This document shows, one piece after another, positions 51,734-64,000 of a stretch of DNA of 64,000 bases (the stretch's first letter is position 1; every line of letters begins with the position of its first letter). The translations under genes and the position numbers were made by a program. Under the pieces are notes generated by a model that saw only the letters and a program-made list of their open reading frames with translations, did not search any database and was not told where the DNA came from. Origin of the DNA: Cystobasidiomycetes sp. EMM_F5 (lineage: Eukaryota); contig JBPGPT010000008.1 of the NCBI GenBank assembly GCA_051047955.1, positions 1 to 64,000 on the forward strand. Direction: 5' to 3'.

Positions 51734-51848
51734 ACTTTATGCCAGTGATCTATTAGAAATACTGTTGTTGTGCCACGCCATGATATGCTTCATGGCCATC
51801 AGATGATCTGATATCGTACTGTCTCGTGGTTGCCGACCATACTGAACA

Positions 51849-52805
51849 ATGAGCAATTCGTACTGGAGCGCAGACGCGTTTCTCGCGGAGAACTCTGTGA
51901 GCGTGGGTGGAGCTGGACGCAGCGGTCGTATGAGCTGATGTCGCGACTTGCTCATCGACGGCTGCGACGTAAACAGCGACTGCCGTGCACATTCTTGCTC
52001 GACGTGCCAAACCTGGGCCATCTCGAGGGAGGCAACGAGCGCGACGTACGTCTACTATGAGCACCTATCTGCGCAACATTGAGCTGAAAGATGCGTGTTT
52101 GCGCCGTTTGCTGTCGACAGATTCGGCAGGGAACAACACTTGAACTGCCGTACTGGCTAGGCATCAATCTGGCAAGCGTACCAGACCGGCAAGGCGTACG
52201 AAAAGATACTGCCATATTAGTGCAACTGACGCGCTTCATTTCGCAGTGACTACATCTCCATCGCTTTGCCAAAACCCTACACGTCTCGCGTACGAAACGC
52301 TCTGTCGGCATCAGCTAGATCGGTCAATCTGCGCAACTTGGGCGGAGCTGGCGGATGGTTCTTCGCTTGCGGGATCCGACTGGAGGAGTCGCAAGTTTAT
52401 ACAAAGCAAGCTCCGCGCTACTTGGACTTAACACTGACTACGCGACCATGCCAAACAGCATTGATGATCCCCGCTTGAGGGAAGTTCTGTCGAAAGCCTT
52501 CCAAGCTAGATTGCCAGAGGTCATGGATCAATCTCAGCATGCCTCGACTGCTACAGCTTCAGCCAAATCTGGAGTTGGCGGAGTAGATCAGGCAGCCTCG
52601 CTGTTTTTGGCCGGTATGGACGAATGGGAGAAAGAGCGTACGTGTATCGAACACTATGTATTATTGAGAGGAAATGGGCAAGCTTTAATCGCATCGAATC
52701 CCCGCAGTTTTCGCAGCTGGAGAAACTGGCTCTCGGGTCATGAAGATCTGGACAGAGTCAAAACGCGTAAAGTTGTCCGGGTCAAAATTCGGGAGTTCGA
52801 GATAG
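51849..52805 (+). CDS. PSF3: GINS complex subunit Psf3
   Basis: Spliced MSNSYWSADAFLAENSRLPCTF..DVPNLGHL...LELPYWL...RVRNALSASARSVNL...FLAGMDEWEKELF. Confidence 0.9.
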
Positions 52806-53594
52806 GACTGGAAGATGTCCTTTCTTCACTATACCGTGGTCAACGCCACTCCACCTTGCCAAACAAGCCGGCGGAAATTGCGAAATATACGCCGTATGCA
52901 AATGAAGAGCATACACATTTAGGCAGACATCCAAGGTCGGTCACAAGTAACAGCGCATGTCGTCTATCAGAGTGCACCGCCCGCTTCCCGACCATTGCAA
53001 AAGGCAAATCACCACCGGATGCTGTGACCTCATAAATTGAACCTGGACTAGCAGCTCGAGGCACATAAGCTTAGCTACACAAAACGCTATACGACTGTTC
53101 CGCTGTTCCATCTAGTTGCAGCTCGTAGGCCGCGCCCGCTACGATTCAGCTAGCAGGCGCTTACATACACCCAGCCGGCAACAACATGCGGATCGTCCAG
53201 TAGCTGCAGAAGCATTTGAAAAATTGAAAGGATCGCTACGGCTCGGAAGGCGTTACACTTATAACCACTGCCAGTTCTCAAACAGCGTTAACAATTAGTA
53301 ACTTGGTTGATGTGCCGTGATATAGTCATCCGGAGTATGACGGGTGTGCCTTGCTTGGAACTGATACAAAACAGACTGCGAACTGTGCCATCACTGCCAG
53401 CGTATGCCTACTGCTCTCTGGCGATAGACTGCATTGCATACATCTTGCCAGCCTGAAGCGCCGCATTCTGTGCCGTTACAAGCTTAAGTCGGACTACAGC
53501 ATACTGTAGCAACCTTTCGGTTCATCTTCGAGCCAGAAACGTGCGACGACTGGCGACAAAGCACTGCCCATATCAGCTCGACGCTGCGGGAGTC

Positions 53595-56134
53595 ATGGTG
53601 TCGACTGCATCTTCTAGCATGCCAGCGTCGTCGACATTGCCCGAATGGGCAGCCCTGCGTTCTCGGGTCGCTGGAAAAGTGATCGTCTTGGGCGAAGAGC
53701 AAAAGTAAGCCCGTACTCTGTGTAAAGCGAGCTATACGGGCTGTTCTGAGCGTCCTTGCGTGTCTCTCTTTCGTATCCCAGCTTCTATGACCACTTTTCC
53801 GTATTCAACTCCGCCGCAAAACCATCGGAAATCTCAGACCATCGTCCCGAAGCCATCTTTCTACCTACGTCATCTGCCGACGTTGCAGAGATTGTACGCT
53901 TCGCTCATGCTAGCAAGCTCACCTTGTCAGTCAAAAGCGGGGGATACAACCCGTCAAATTGGTCATGCTCCGGACAGATTGTAGTCGACTTGGCAGAGCT
54001 CAACTTGCTCGAGATGTCTCTCCCGGCCGACGAGTACAACGCTGCTGCAGTATCGAGCAGTGCACTGGATGTTGTGGACTCTGTGGACTCTGAACAAGCT
54101 CCCGTAAAGATCCTTAGAAGCCGCGGAAAGGGCGCGACGATGATCGGCGCTGGAGAAAAGGACAAGGACAGCACCTCCGGGAAGGCAAAGGGCAAGCGAG
54201 TGCACAGGCCTGGGTCACCAAACGGCGTTAGTATACACAGCGTCGAGCCCAGCTTACCTAACGGACACACTTTTATCGGAGCGGAGTTGGAGACACTTTC
54301 CGTGACACAGCCAGATAGCGTCCTGCATGTTTCTGGATTGCACGCAGGCTCGGAGGTAGATCACAACAAGAGGAGGCGTTTACATGACTGCGATAATGGC
54401 AAGCGGACGTCCAGAAGCAGATCGAAAAGCCCCGAGACCGGCGGCGTTATGCACGACATGCCTCTACATGCGGAACCGGAAACCGGGGCAACCAACGGTC
54501 CATCTAACCTGTCTTCTCAGATCGACGAGAAATACCAAAGGGATCATACTGCAGAAGTGCAGGACACTATAGAGAATAGCGAAGATGCCTTTGGCAGCAA
54601 CGGAGTTCGAGCTGGACCAACGACAATGGCTTCTCGGATTGTGGTTGCGTCCACCTATCCGCCCCAGAATTTAACGCAAGCAGACCTACAGAACCATCCG
54701 CATATTGCCGATTTTGCTCACAGTAGGGCGGATGTCGGCGACACTGACCGCGTGATACCCATCAACTACAATCCGAGGACAACGACTATCACTTATCCTA
54801 ATCCAGCACCCCCAGGTTCCATTCCCTTCTCGCCGCGGAACATGGGGTCGAGTGGGTCCACCTCGCTATCGAATTTAGGGGATCTCAATACAGCGCGCCA
54901 TGGTACGCCTGGTGCGAGTATTTCTACTAATACATCTCAGACGTCACGCTCCTCCTCTGCGTCTTCCGCGTCTTCGACGAACGTGCCTTTTGGTGCTAGT
55001 GATCCTTCAAGCTATGCTCGCATCTCATTCGGCGCGGGTATCAGAGCTCAGGAGCTTGACGCCTTCAGCGGGCCCTTCAACTACTTTGTTCCAACGGCTT
55101 GCTATCCCGTCGGAACGGCCATCTTCACTACTGGTGGTTATGGCTTCGTGTCTCGCAAGTATGGCTTGAGTATGGATTTGACTCTTGAACTGGAAGTTGT
55201 ACTGCCTAAAGACGGCCGGATCGTCATCCTAAAGGAAAATTTTGAGAAGGATCCAACTCTTACTGAAGAAGAAAAGAAGGAGCAAGAAGAGCTATGGTGG
55301 GCCTTCCGAGGCGCAGGTACTGCTTTCGGCATCGTAACTCGCATAGACGCGAAAGCATTCCGTATCGGATCAGTCCTATCTGGTAACATAATCTATCCCT
55401 TTAACGCCGCTACGGCGCCCTCGCTGCTGCGACACTGGCGAGACTGCCTGAAGGCCTCTCCCCGAGAGCTATATTCGAATTTTACTCTGTCGGCTGGACC
55501 TTCTGCCAGCGGACATGTCATTGTCATCCAGTTCTCGTGGTGTGGCAAGTCGCAATCCGAGGGAGAAAGCATACTGCAAACTATCATGTCGTGGCAAGGT
55601 GAACAATGTCTGATGAAGGACGTCGAAGTACGTCCCTACGCGCATCAACAGGAGAACGTTTCGCAGATTCTGTCGTCCAAGGAGAATAGCCGATGGCTCA
55701 TTCGATCTACTCTACTGTCTTCATTAACGGACGAAGCCGCTCATGCTTCGGTAGATCTCTTCAAAACGGTGCCGGCTGGCACCTCTTGGCTGTTTGAAAC
55801 CGCTGGCGGGGCCATTGCAGAACCGTCTCTAACGTCATGTTACCCGTACAGCCACCGAAAGTCACCCTTACAAGTTGCGGCCTTGCATCAATGGATCGAT
55901 CCAAAGGAAGATGAACAGAACCGCGTTGCTGCAGAAGGTTGGGTCTACCGGACTTTTGGACAGGACGGTGTTGGACCATTCCCGTGCTTCCTCACTAGTG
56001 CAGAAGGGAAAGATCGCATGATTCTGACGTATGGCAGCGACAACTGGGCCCGTTTGACCCAGCTCAAACAGAAATACGATCCCGAAGGTCTTCTCCGTTA
56101 CACCCACTTTGAAAACGAATTGCTATCGCAGTAA
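53595..56134 (+). CDS. FAD-linked oxidoreductase (VAO/BBE-like) with a large internal insertion
   Basis: P.AIFLP.S.ADV, SVKSGG, GGYGFVSRKYGLSMD, LWWAFRGAG..FGIVT, BBE C-terminus YGSDNWARLTQLKQKYDP. Confidence 0.9.
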
Positions 56135-56510
56135 TGGGTAGCCACATTAAACAAGGTTGCGAAAGGCCTTGTATACCCTTTTGGCCAAAGTGACTTACGC
56201 AATATATCGGAATCAGCCAAAGCTTGAGTGCAATGCTCAGCTATTGAGCATATGTCTTGAATGGGATAAATTGGAAAGTATGGGGTAGTGAGACTGACAG
56301 TAAACCAGTAGACCTGCGTTTCTTGTTGTCATGATCGCACTTTGATGTGTCAGTAGACCAATGCAACTCGAAAGCTTTTCGTGTGCCGCCAGCTTGCGTA
56401 TAGTGCCGGCAAGGTCTGCTTCTCGGACCGACGTACGAGTTCGGCGATAAAGCTCACTACATAACGCAACGACATCGTCTACAAACTTGACCTTGAGGTA
56501 ACTCCATTGA

Positions 56511-58320
56511 ATGGCATCTTTCTTTCGCAGCCGGATCCTGCGCGCAGTCTCTCTCAACAGCAGTCGCAGCAGTTTCAAGACTTCGGGACCATCCGCCACA
56601 TTCATGTCGGCAGCCGCAATCATGTCTGTCGCAGTCAACAGGCAGAAACATGAGCAGAGACCCGCTCATCATGCTAACGACAAAGAGACTGTATGTCGTG
56701 CCTAACTTACTGCAGTATTCAGGAATGGGACTCTGACGAACAACCCGCGATACATATTGACTTTCGCAGTCGTTTATCAATCCATGGCCATCATACGGCG
56801 CCAATGTGAGCAATGCCGACAGTGGATAACACAAGAAACCTCGTTGAATGATCGCCATTGCCGAAACTTGGTCGTCATTGTAGCACACGTCGTCAAGGCT
56901 GATGGACGGGTATCATATGCTCAAGGACTGGGAGAAACATCCGTAATCTATTCAGTCTCTTCTTTTCCCATCCAGACGGCTAACGCAAGTAATTCCTACA
57001 GGATGCCGGGCAAGGATGACATGGTTGCGGTGCGAAAGCCTGACTGGGGCCGAAATGGAACGATTTCAGAGGCAGAGTATGCCAAAGATATTAAAGCTAC
57101 CTGGCTGGGGCATGCTTGCTTCCTTGTCGAATTTCCCACCCCTTCGAGTACTACATCGACAGCTCAGCAGCCGCGGGGTCTTCGAGTGCTGTTTGATCCG
57201 TCAGTGCAGTCTGCAAAAATATGTGAAACGTACTGATAGCGTTCTTGTTTAGTGTCTTTGAGCACCGTTGCTCGCCATCGCAGCTTGTAGGGCCTGCAAG
57301 ATACACGCCGCCACCAATCCCCATCAAAGAGCTGCCAGAGGTAGACGCAGTAGTCATTTCGCACAGGTGAGCCAGTGTGCCGTACAATTGGCTGTACAAT
57401 TGGCTGTACAATTGGCTGTACGTCAACGATACTCACGCTAAAGAGCGTAATCTATCCGACAGCCACTATGACCACACATCGGTCGATTCTTTACAGCAAA
57501 TCTACAAGCAGCAAAATAGAGGCAGTGTTCACTTCTTTGTGCCATTGGGCATGAAGAAATGGATGAAGAGCATCAACATTCCCAACGAGCACATTACCGA
57601 GCTGGATTGGTGGGACAATGCGGTTCTCACAAGCAAGGCAGAAGCGGAAGCGGAATCAGGAAACCAATTACGATTCACTTGTACACCGTGTCAGCACTTT
57701 TCTGGTCGAGGGCTGTTTGACAGGGATGCGACGCTCTGGGCTAGTTGGGCTGTCGAGGCGGTCAGTGCGAGTGCGGGGCCACCTGCTTGCAAGGTCTGGT
57801 TTGGGGGAGATACGGCGTACAAAGCTGTTCCCAAGGGATGCACGCCGGAAGAGGAGAAGTTGCTGCCCGTGTGTCCCGCGTTCAAGGAGATTGGGCAAAG
57901 GTTCGGAGGGTTTGATCTTGCGGTAAGCACTCAAAGTAGTATAGTAACTAATGAGCGCTGACAAGCTGATGACGTGCGTCTACCTGGATAATCCAGCTGA
58001 TTCCTATTGGAGGTGAGCTATGTATACAGACGAGCATGACGTACGATTGGTACTGAGATTAGCAAATCGCAGCCTACTCTCCCCGGTGGTTCATGAGCCG
58101 CGTCCACGCCAATCCTGAAGACAGCGTCGAAATTCACTCGGACATTCGGTCGCGGAGGAGTGTCGGGATACACTGGGGTACATGGCAGCTGACGGATGAG
58201 CGTGTCATGGAACCGCCCGAGCGACTGGCTGCCGCAGCCAAAGCCAAGGGGTTGGGAGCGGACGAATTTACGACGTTGGAGGCTATAGGTGCTACTCTGC
58301 GCGTTGGAGTGGGCGCGTAA
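56511..58320 (+). CDS. NAPE-specific phospholipase D-like metallo-beta-lactamase (Fmp30-like)
   Basis: FINPWPS, TWLGHACF, VLFDPVF..RCSP, ISHSHYDH, TPCQHFSGR, FGGDTAY, IPIGAY.P, IHWGTW. Confidence 0.92.
57382..57421. repeat. Intronic 12-bp tandem repeat (GTACAATTGGCT x ~3.3)
   Basis: Perfect copies in the intron that splits the HxHxDH motif of the NAPE-PLD gene. Confidence 0.9.
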
Positions 58321-58708
58321 GCGGGGCATGCCGTCTATAACATTAGATGACATTTCTCCGCTAGAGACGAGCTACAAACACCCGGACAACGGGGAATGGA
58401 TGCGTGACGGGCCTTGTTGTTTGACGTGAAGGTTGTTTACCGTGCACCGTGCCTCTCAGTCTGCGCATTTTCTGCATTCCTGTTTACTCGTCTGCGCGCC
58501 TCTCCCTTCCCGTCTGTTTGGGTCGATCAGGCAATTTTGCATGCCTCGAGTGGCGCAAAATAGCGGGCAAGCTGGGCAGCGGGCAGCTTCAGAGCAGACC
58601 AACAAGACGGAGTGCATGGCAGGGTAAATACATTCTGAGAATAAGAAAACGTCAAGTACAGCAAGCTACTCCAACCTCTCAGCTCTGGACTCAGCCGCAA
58701 AGTTCCCC

Positions 58709-60774
58709 ATGTCCGCCAGCAGACGGAGGACACCGCCCGCTTTCAACGACGACGATACGATGGCTGCCCAGCCGTGGCAGTCGTGCAGCTATGCGAGCAG
58801 CAGCAGTGCAGCGTGCAGCTCGTCGATAAATGGACGCCGTTCCTCGCCGTCACTCGTCAAGAGGGTCGCAGTTTTCGCAGCAGTCGCAGCCCTGGCAGCA
58901 TCCTCCGTGGCAGCCCAGGCGACGTCTGCGACCGTAGTGCCAGCTGGATCACCCACAACCGCACTCCACGAGCCCCAATCTACGCGCGTGCTCTTTGGAG
59001 GCTGGGTAGAGACCGAGTAGGTGCCCATTTGGATGAGCAGCGCGCCGCATCGTAAGATTCCACGGCTGATCATTTGGCATTCTTTGTGATTTACAGCTGT
59101 GAGGCTACATTGACGCATGCAAGATGGTATGCATGTACATATTCTGACTGCCTCGATGTGCAGGGGGCGACACGCCATATGCGCTCAATCAGCGTCTGGG
59201 GCATAATCTGTCCGTCATTCAGATTGCGCAATCTATCCCATTGATACCCTACAACTGGAACACTGGTTAGTTGCAGTATTGTCGCCGACTGGCTGTCCGC
59301 GTCTGACAAGTATGCTCTTCGCGACGCACGTCCACCTCAGGCGCCGGAGGAAAAGCGCCAGAATATATGATTGAAAGATCGGCAAGCGACGCCGCTGTAT
59401 TCCTGACTGTATATCCCAATAATGGCGGGCTCAACAACGTCTCGATGGACGACTTTACTGCTCTTGGCAACCAAATATTAAATTGTGCGTGACGGGCTAC
59501 CTTTATCATGTCGATCGTAGGTCCGTGCCACTGACTATGCCTCAAACTGGCAGGGACAACAAACTACAACCGGACAGTCTTTTTACGTTATGCACCAGAA
59601 TTCCAAGGAGACTGGTTCCCGTAAGTCTTTCTGGCAAGTATCGCTCCCGCAATGTTGTGCTCATGCGTCACTGGCCTCTACTCAGGTACGGTCGCCAACC
59701 GCTGGCATTCGTCAAGCACTGGCGAGTCATGTATCCCGCCATCAAGGCTATTGTACCCAACGTTGCTATTGTCTGGGCGCCAAACACTGGACAGGGGTAC
59801 GTTGTTTTATACCATGGTCTTCAAGTCGTCGATCTGATGTGTCTTCGCCCAGTTATCCATACGGCATGCAGACATCCTCAAATGCGACAGAAGCTGCGGC
59901 TCTAGACACAAACAAGGATGGCCAACTATCCTATCTTGACTCACCTTTCGCCCCATATTACCCTGGTGATGACGTTGTAGACTGGATTGGTTTGTCCGTC
60001 TACTACAAGGGTCCAGGCTCCCAGAACGTCAATGTGCCGCAAGTCAATGGCTACTGCTACGACGCTCTCAACAACATCAACCCCAACGCTGTTAATCAGA
60101 TTGGCCCGGATCCCTTCTACCAGACCTATTGCACAAAACCTGGCAAAGCGTGCATGGTGAGGCGTGATTTGCATTAAAAAGTTGTATATCGATGACTGAA
60201 TCGATTGTCACCTTGACAGTTTTCCGAGTCTGCTGCGGCGTATCACGACATGATTCTTGGAGACCAAGGCGTGTCGGACTATACGCTCAAGATGGCGTGG
60301 GTCAATGACTGCCTGACGAATCGAACATTCTTCCAGCAATATCCGCGAATGAAGCTCATGATGCAGTTTGAATACAAGAAGAATGAGACGGACGGTGGCA
60401 TTCCAGATTCTCGTGATTTCCGTCTGACAAACAAGACGGACGTACTAAACGGCTTCAAATCTGCGCTAGCAGGCGTTGCGGACATTTACACATGGGCCAA
60501 CTATAGACCCATCCCTACCTCGACACCCAACGTTGCTACACAGACTTCCATCTACACCACGACCGATTCGCATGGTGTTCTCGTTACAACCACTGCTGCC
60601 TTTACGACATCGACCTTCTCTTTTATTACCGTCAGAAACACGCAGACGAGTTTCCCATCCCTTTTCGGCAACCTGCCGTCCTCAGCCGCGAAAGCAGTGG
60701 TCGTGTCTGTAGCCATGTTTGGAACAGCGTGCTCAGTCGTACTGGGAGGAATGATCTTCTTGATGCGAGCGTAA
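58709..60774 (+). CDS. GH26-like glycoside hydrolase, secreted and probably GPI- or TM-anchored
   Basis: Hydrophobic signal; FLRYAPEFQGDW (acid/base Glu), VWAPN, YYPGDDVVDWIGLS, FSES (nucleophile); Thr-rich stalk and hydrophobic C-terminus. Confidence 0.85.
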
Positions 60775-61846
60775 TCCTGTCGTCCATAAAATCCTCGACA
60801 ATCTATCGACTGTAACAAAAGGAGCGCGCACAACGAGCGATCGCTCCGCTCAGTCGGCACTCACAGGCTGTCTCGGTGGCAAAACGTCCCCCTTGCCACG
60901 CTACCTCAAATCATGGACATTCACCTATCGCAGAGTTCGCAAATCAGTCAAAAGTCAAATCCTTCTTACCGTCGTTCTCGTCTTTTCGCATAGAGTCGTG
61001 CCGCGCCGTCCGCCAAATGTTGTTCTGCCTATCAAACCATTATCCTGCACTTTCTGTGGTCTGTTGCGACATGGACTTTTCATCCTGTCCTTATACACTC
61101 GTCGCTCCATTCCAGCCCTCGACCTCCCTAGGCAGACTGCCAATTAACGATGGCAGACCTCGACTATATTAAGACAGCGCATCAGTCTCGTTGCCTTGCA
61201 GTGCCCGCTCAAAGAAGTCTTGTCTGCATACACACATCCTTTTGAGCTTCTCTAGCACTACCGCACACACTCGTTTACAGCAATACGCGCACCGCCTGCA
61301 GCTCCTGCTGCAACTTACGGTTGACGCATTTACCCGTCCTCTATTACTATACACGATCTAAATCGATGTGCTTGTGCTGGTCATCTTCCCGCTTCGACGT
61401 TCTTACTGCAGATGTTGTGCCCGATTGTCCGTTGTGTATGTATCTTAGGCTTCGAGCGTCTGCATATCGTGAGGCTCAGCCATCCTTATTCTACGCATCC
61501 TCTAGACGTGAAATAAAACAGTATCTACTCTGCACTCATCAAGTCCCGGACAGTGAGGTACAAATTCGGGCGCGCGTATCTTCAAGTTGCCCTCTTACAT
61601 CCTGTGACGCTGGAAGTCTAAACACTGCGTTTGAGCGATGAGCGCGCTTTCCGTACGGTGAGCTACAAGTGCTAACAGAGCTTCATGCATGAATACAAAA
61701 TTATGGCAGAGCGACGGAGCGCGGATGAGAAGAACAAAAAAGGCTTGGATCTAGCCGAGCCACTTTGCGACCGAGCGCATGATACAGCTAACAATGAGAC
61801 TACGCTGCACGAAACTAACATGAATAGCTAAATTTTTTGCTACAGT

Positions 61847-63607
61847 CTATTGCATATCAGTAAGCGAAGGCGATCGCGGATATCGCCAATTCGATATCGA
61901 AGTCGCTCGCCTGCTCGCGTTACCGCCTGGAGTGAAGGTAGTGCTTGTGGCACTCGGTACCCGCTGTCGCTGTTGATAAGGGTCATCCGACAAGGTCGGG
62001 CGGCCGGGCGCACCGTGCATCTCGTCCGACAGGCGTTTAGACTGCCTGTCAAGTGACTTGGGCGACGGGCTGACATAAAATTTGTCCAGAACGACTGGAA
62101 GCGCTTCCATCAATGTCGGCAGCGCGCCACGACCATCTGCGTTGATTCCGTGCTTCTTCGTTTGATATTCGACATAGGTGTAGTATGCGCCTCCGCTAAT
62201 CGTTAACGCGATACCGAGCAGGTTGATCGTAGTGATTTTAAGATTGAACAGGATGACAGCACTATTGACGGGAATATCGTAAGCAGTCTGATCAATTCTG
62301 AAGGGTATTGTACGCACAGCACGATAGTCAAAACCTGCTTGACATTGGCTGCTACGCTCATGGTCAATGCTCCCGTCTTCTTGTTTGCCTGAAGAAATAA
62401 TTGCGAATCAGCCGTCGAGCCGCAGTAAGCGTGCTGGATTACTCACAGTAAAGCTGACGACGTTGAGTCCGAATGCTATTGCACCATTAATAGCCAAGGA
62501 CACGACATCGGAGCGACCGAGCGTGCCATCCACGAAAATGCGCTCATGAACAGCAGCTAGCTCTCCACTCTTCCATGCGAAAAGCAGACACTGTCCGAAT
62601 GCCAGGGGACTCATGCGCAGAAGAAGATCGAGCGGGTGCATCTTGAGCCTGCCAACGAGAATGCGATTCGTGGCAAGGCCTTTGATCGCAGCTAGACCGG
62701 CTCCTGACAGAGTGAGGAGTAGACCGCCGGTCGTAAAGGTATAATCGCCATACCTGTATGTTTAATCGAGTCAGCATGATCGATTTCCTCTCACTAGGTC
62801 GCCTACTTACGTCGCCAAGCACACTCCGAGAACAACGGGGATGAGCGACACGTACGTCTGCAGGGCATAGCGCTTCGACAGCAGGCACGCCGAAATGATA
62901 ATTGTGAAGATCGGAGTAGTCGACCTGACGACTTGGTGCATGGGCACAGAAACAGCATTCAGACTGAGATTACTGACGGCGATGTTGATTGTGTATAACG
63001 AGCTGAAAGCGAGCAGTATGAGGGCTTCCCCGCTATTTAGTGGCCCACTTTGTTCGAAATAGCCACGCTGTAAACAGCTGTAAGAGCCGACGGCTGCACA
63101 CAATGAATGTATGCAGGTCAGCATCCAGGGATATGGGAACGATGCCAGTGCGTATTTATTGTAGAGCGTGAGGGACAGATTGAACAAGAAATAGATAGCG
63201 CTATTGATGCGGACTCGTGTCAGACCCCTGAAAGTAGGATGCCAGATTGAATGAATGACTCACAGCCAAGCTGAAGCAGAACTTTTGTAGCAAGCTATCC
63301 GAGAAGTGATGAGAAAAGACGCCCTCTTCGGTTTCGACAATACCGTTGGCATTTCGAAGGCAAGACCATGGGGTCGATGCCCAATATTGGTATATTGTCC
63401 ATGTTCCGGTCCAGAAGCTGCCGTTGTCTCAACCGCGCGCAAACGCACAGTCTCGCTGACAGGCGAAGTCTGTAGAGAATAGCTGTTGTCTATCGGTATG
63501 CTGACTTCGGCGGCTTTGCGTTTTGGGGAACTGGTGGTAGTATCGGTTAACGTCGGCGAGGAGACGCTCGAAGCGTAGCCAGGATCCGAAATTGGAGAAT
63601 AGGACAT
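61847..63607 (-). CDS. Triose-phosphate / nucleotide-sugar transporter family protein
   Basis: YFLFNLSLTLYNK, FSSLYTINIAVSNLSL..VSVPMHQVVRSTTP, MHPLDLLLRMSPLA, NKKTGALTMSVAANVKQ. Confidence 0.93.
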
Positions 63608-64000
63608 ATTGACTGCGACGGATACGAGTTCGCTCGATAGAACTGTGCGTGGGTTGTGTCTGCCGGTCAGGACAAGTATTGAATGAGCGTGGGGTGGGTC
63701 AGTGTGACATGTAGTGAAGGGCCAGCCGGGCGTGGAGATGCGAGGACGATACTGAGGCCTGTCCGGGTGTGGTACGAGGAAGTGGCTTGTAATTGCCTGG
63801 CCGTTTGAGTGTCTGTTAACGGTTTTCAACGGTCTGACAGCCGCCTCTGATGATTGTCTTGCCCCTTCGATTGTTGTGCCGGATCTGAGTTCACGTGTTT
63901 GGACCAGCCAGCTCTTCAAAGTGGAACAACGCAAGCCCAACGTCCATCGTAAATGGACAAGGCAGCTGCGTCAACGTAGCCGCACATATCACTGCTGCGG

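Noticed and set aside
52244..52255. TGA-CTA stop-codon readthrough context in PSF3
   Set aside because: The downstream Psf3 sequence (DYISIALP) is in a different frame, so GC-AG splicing explains it and readthrough does not.
52355..53035. 226-aa ORF as a separate gene
   Set aside because: Overlaps PSF3 exons, introns and 3' UTR read in the unspliced frame.
57382..57421. Direct repeats as a CRISPR-like array or WLYN peptide repeat
   Set aside because: No spacers; a simple intronic minisatellite in a eukaryote.
1655..60774. Secondary-metabolite cluster (P450, FAD oxidase, hydrolase, transporter)
   Set aside because: No PKS, NRPS or terpene synthase, and the genes are scattered among core housekeeping genes.
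60775..61846. 1-kb gap between the convergent GH26 and TPT genes as a hidden gene or ncRNA
   Set aside because: Only short motif-less ORFs; no tRNA or snRNA signature seen; likely long 3' UTRs.

Overview
Eukaryotic genomic DNA from a fungus. It is gene-dense (about 30 protein-coding genes in 64 kb) and intron-rich, with many 50-80 nt GT-AG introns carrying CTGAC/CTAAC/CTGAT branch sites, and it uses the standard genetic code. Gene content (tandem coronin-7, cactin, DUF6533-type membrane protein, GH26) points to a basidiomycete, probably a compact-genome Pucciniomycotina yeast (inference). Most genes are housekeeping: MIA40, MIR1, RPN7, FMT1, RRG9, MSH6, a RAD51 paralogue, UTP22, PCP1, RSM23, CRD1, AIP1, MAT2B-like, PDE2, PTH4, cactin, PSF3, NAPE-PLD and a TPT-family transporter. 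I saw no rRNA, tRNA, CRISPR array or intact transposon, and no obvious multi-gene novel system. The most interesting signals are: a 2-nt micro-exon needed to keep the GH26 gene in frame; a tail-anchored protein that looks like a degenerate septin-type pseudo-GTPase; a BBE/VAO-type flavoprotein with a ~330-aa insertion and Tyr at the flavinylation His; a P450 resembling the ascomycete StcS/CYP59 type; several GC-AG introns; and a forkhead/MCB-rich MSH6-RAD51C bidirectional promoter. All gene models were spliced by eye, so boundaries are predictions and family calls come from remembered motifs, not database searches.
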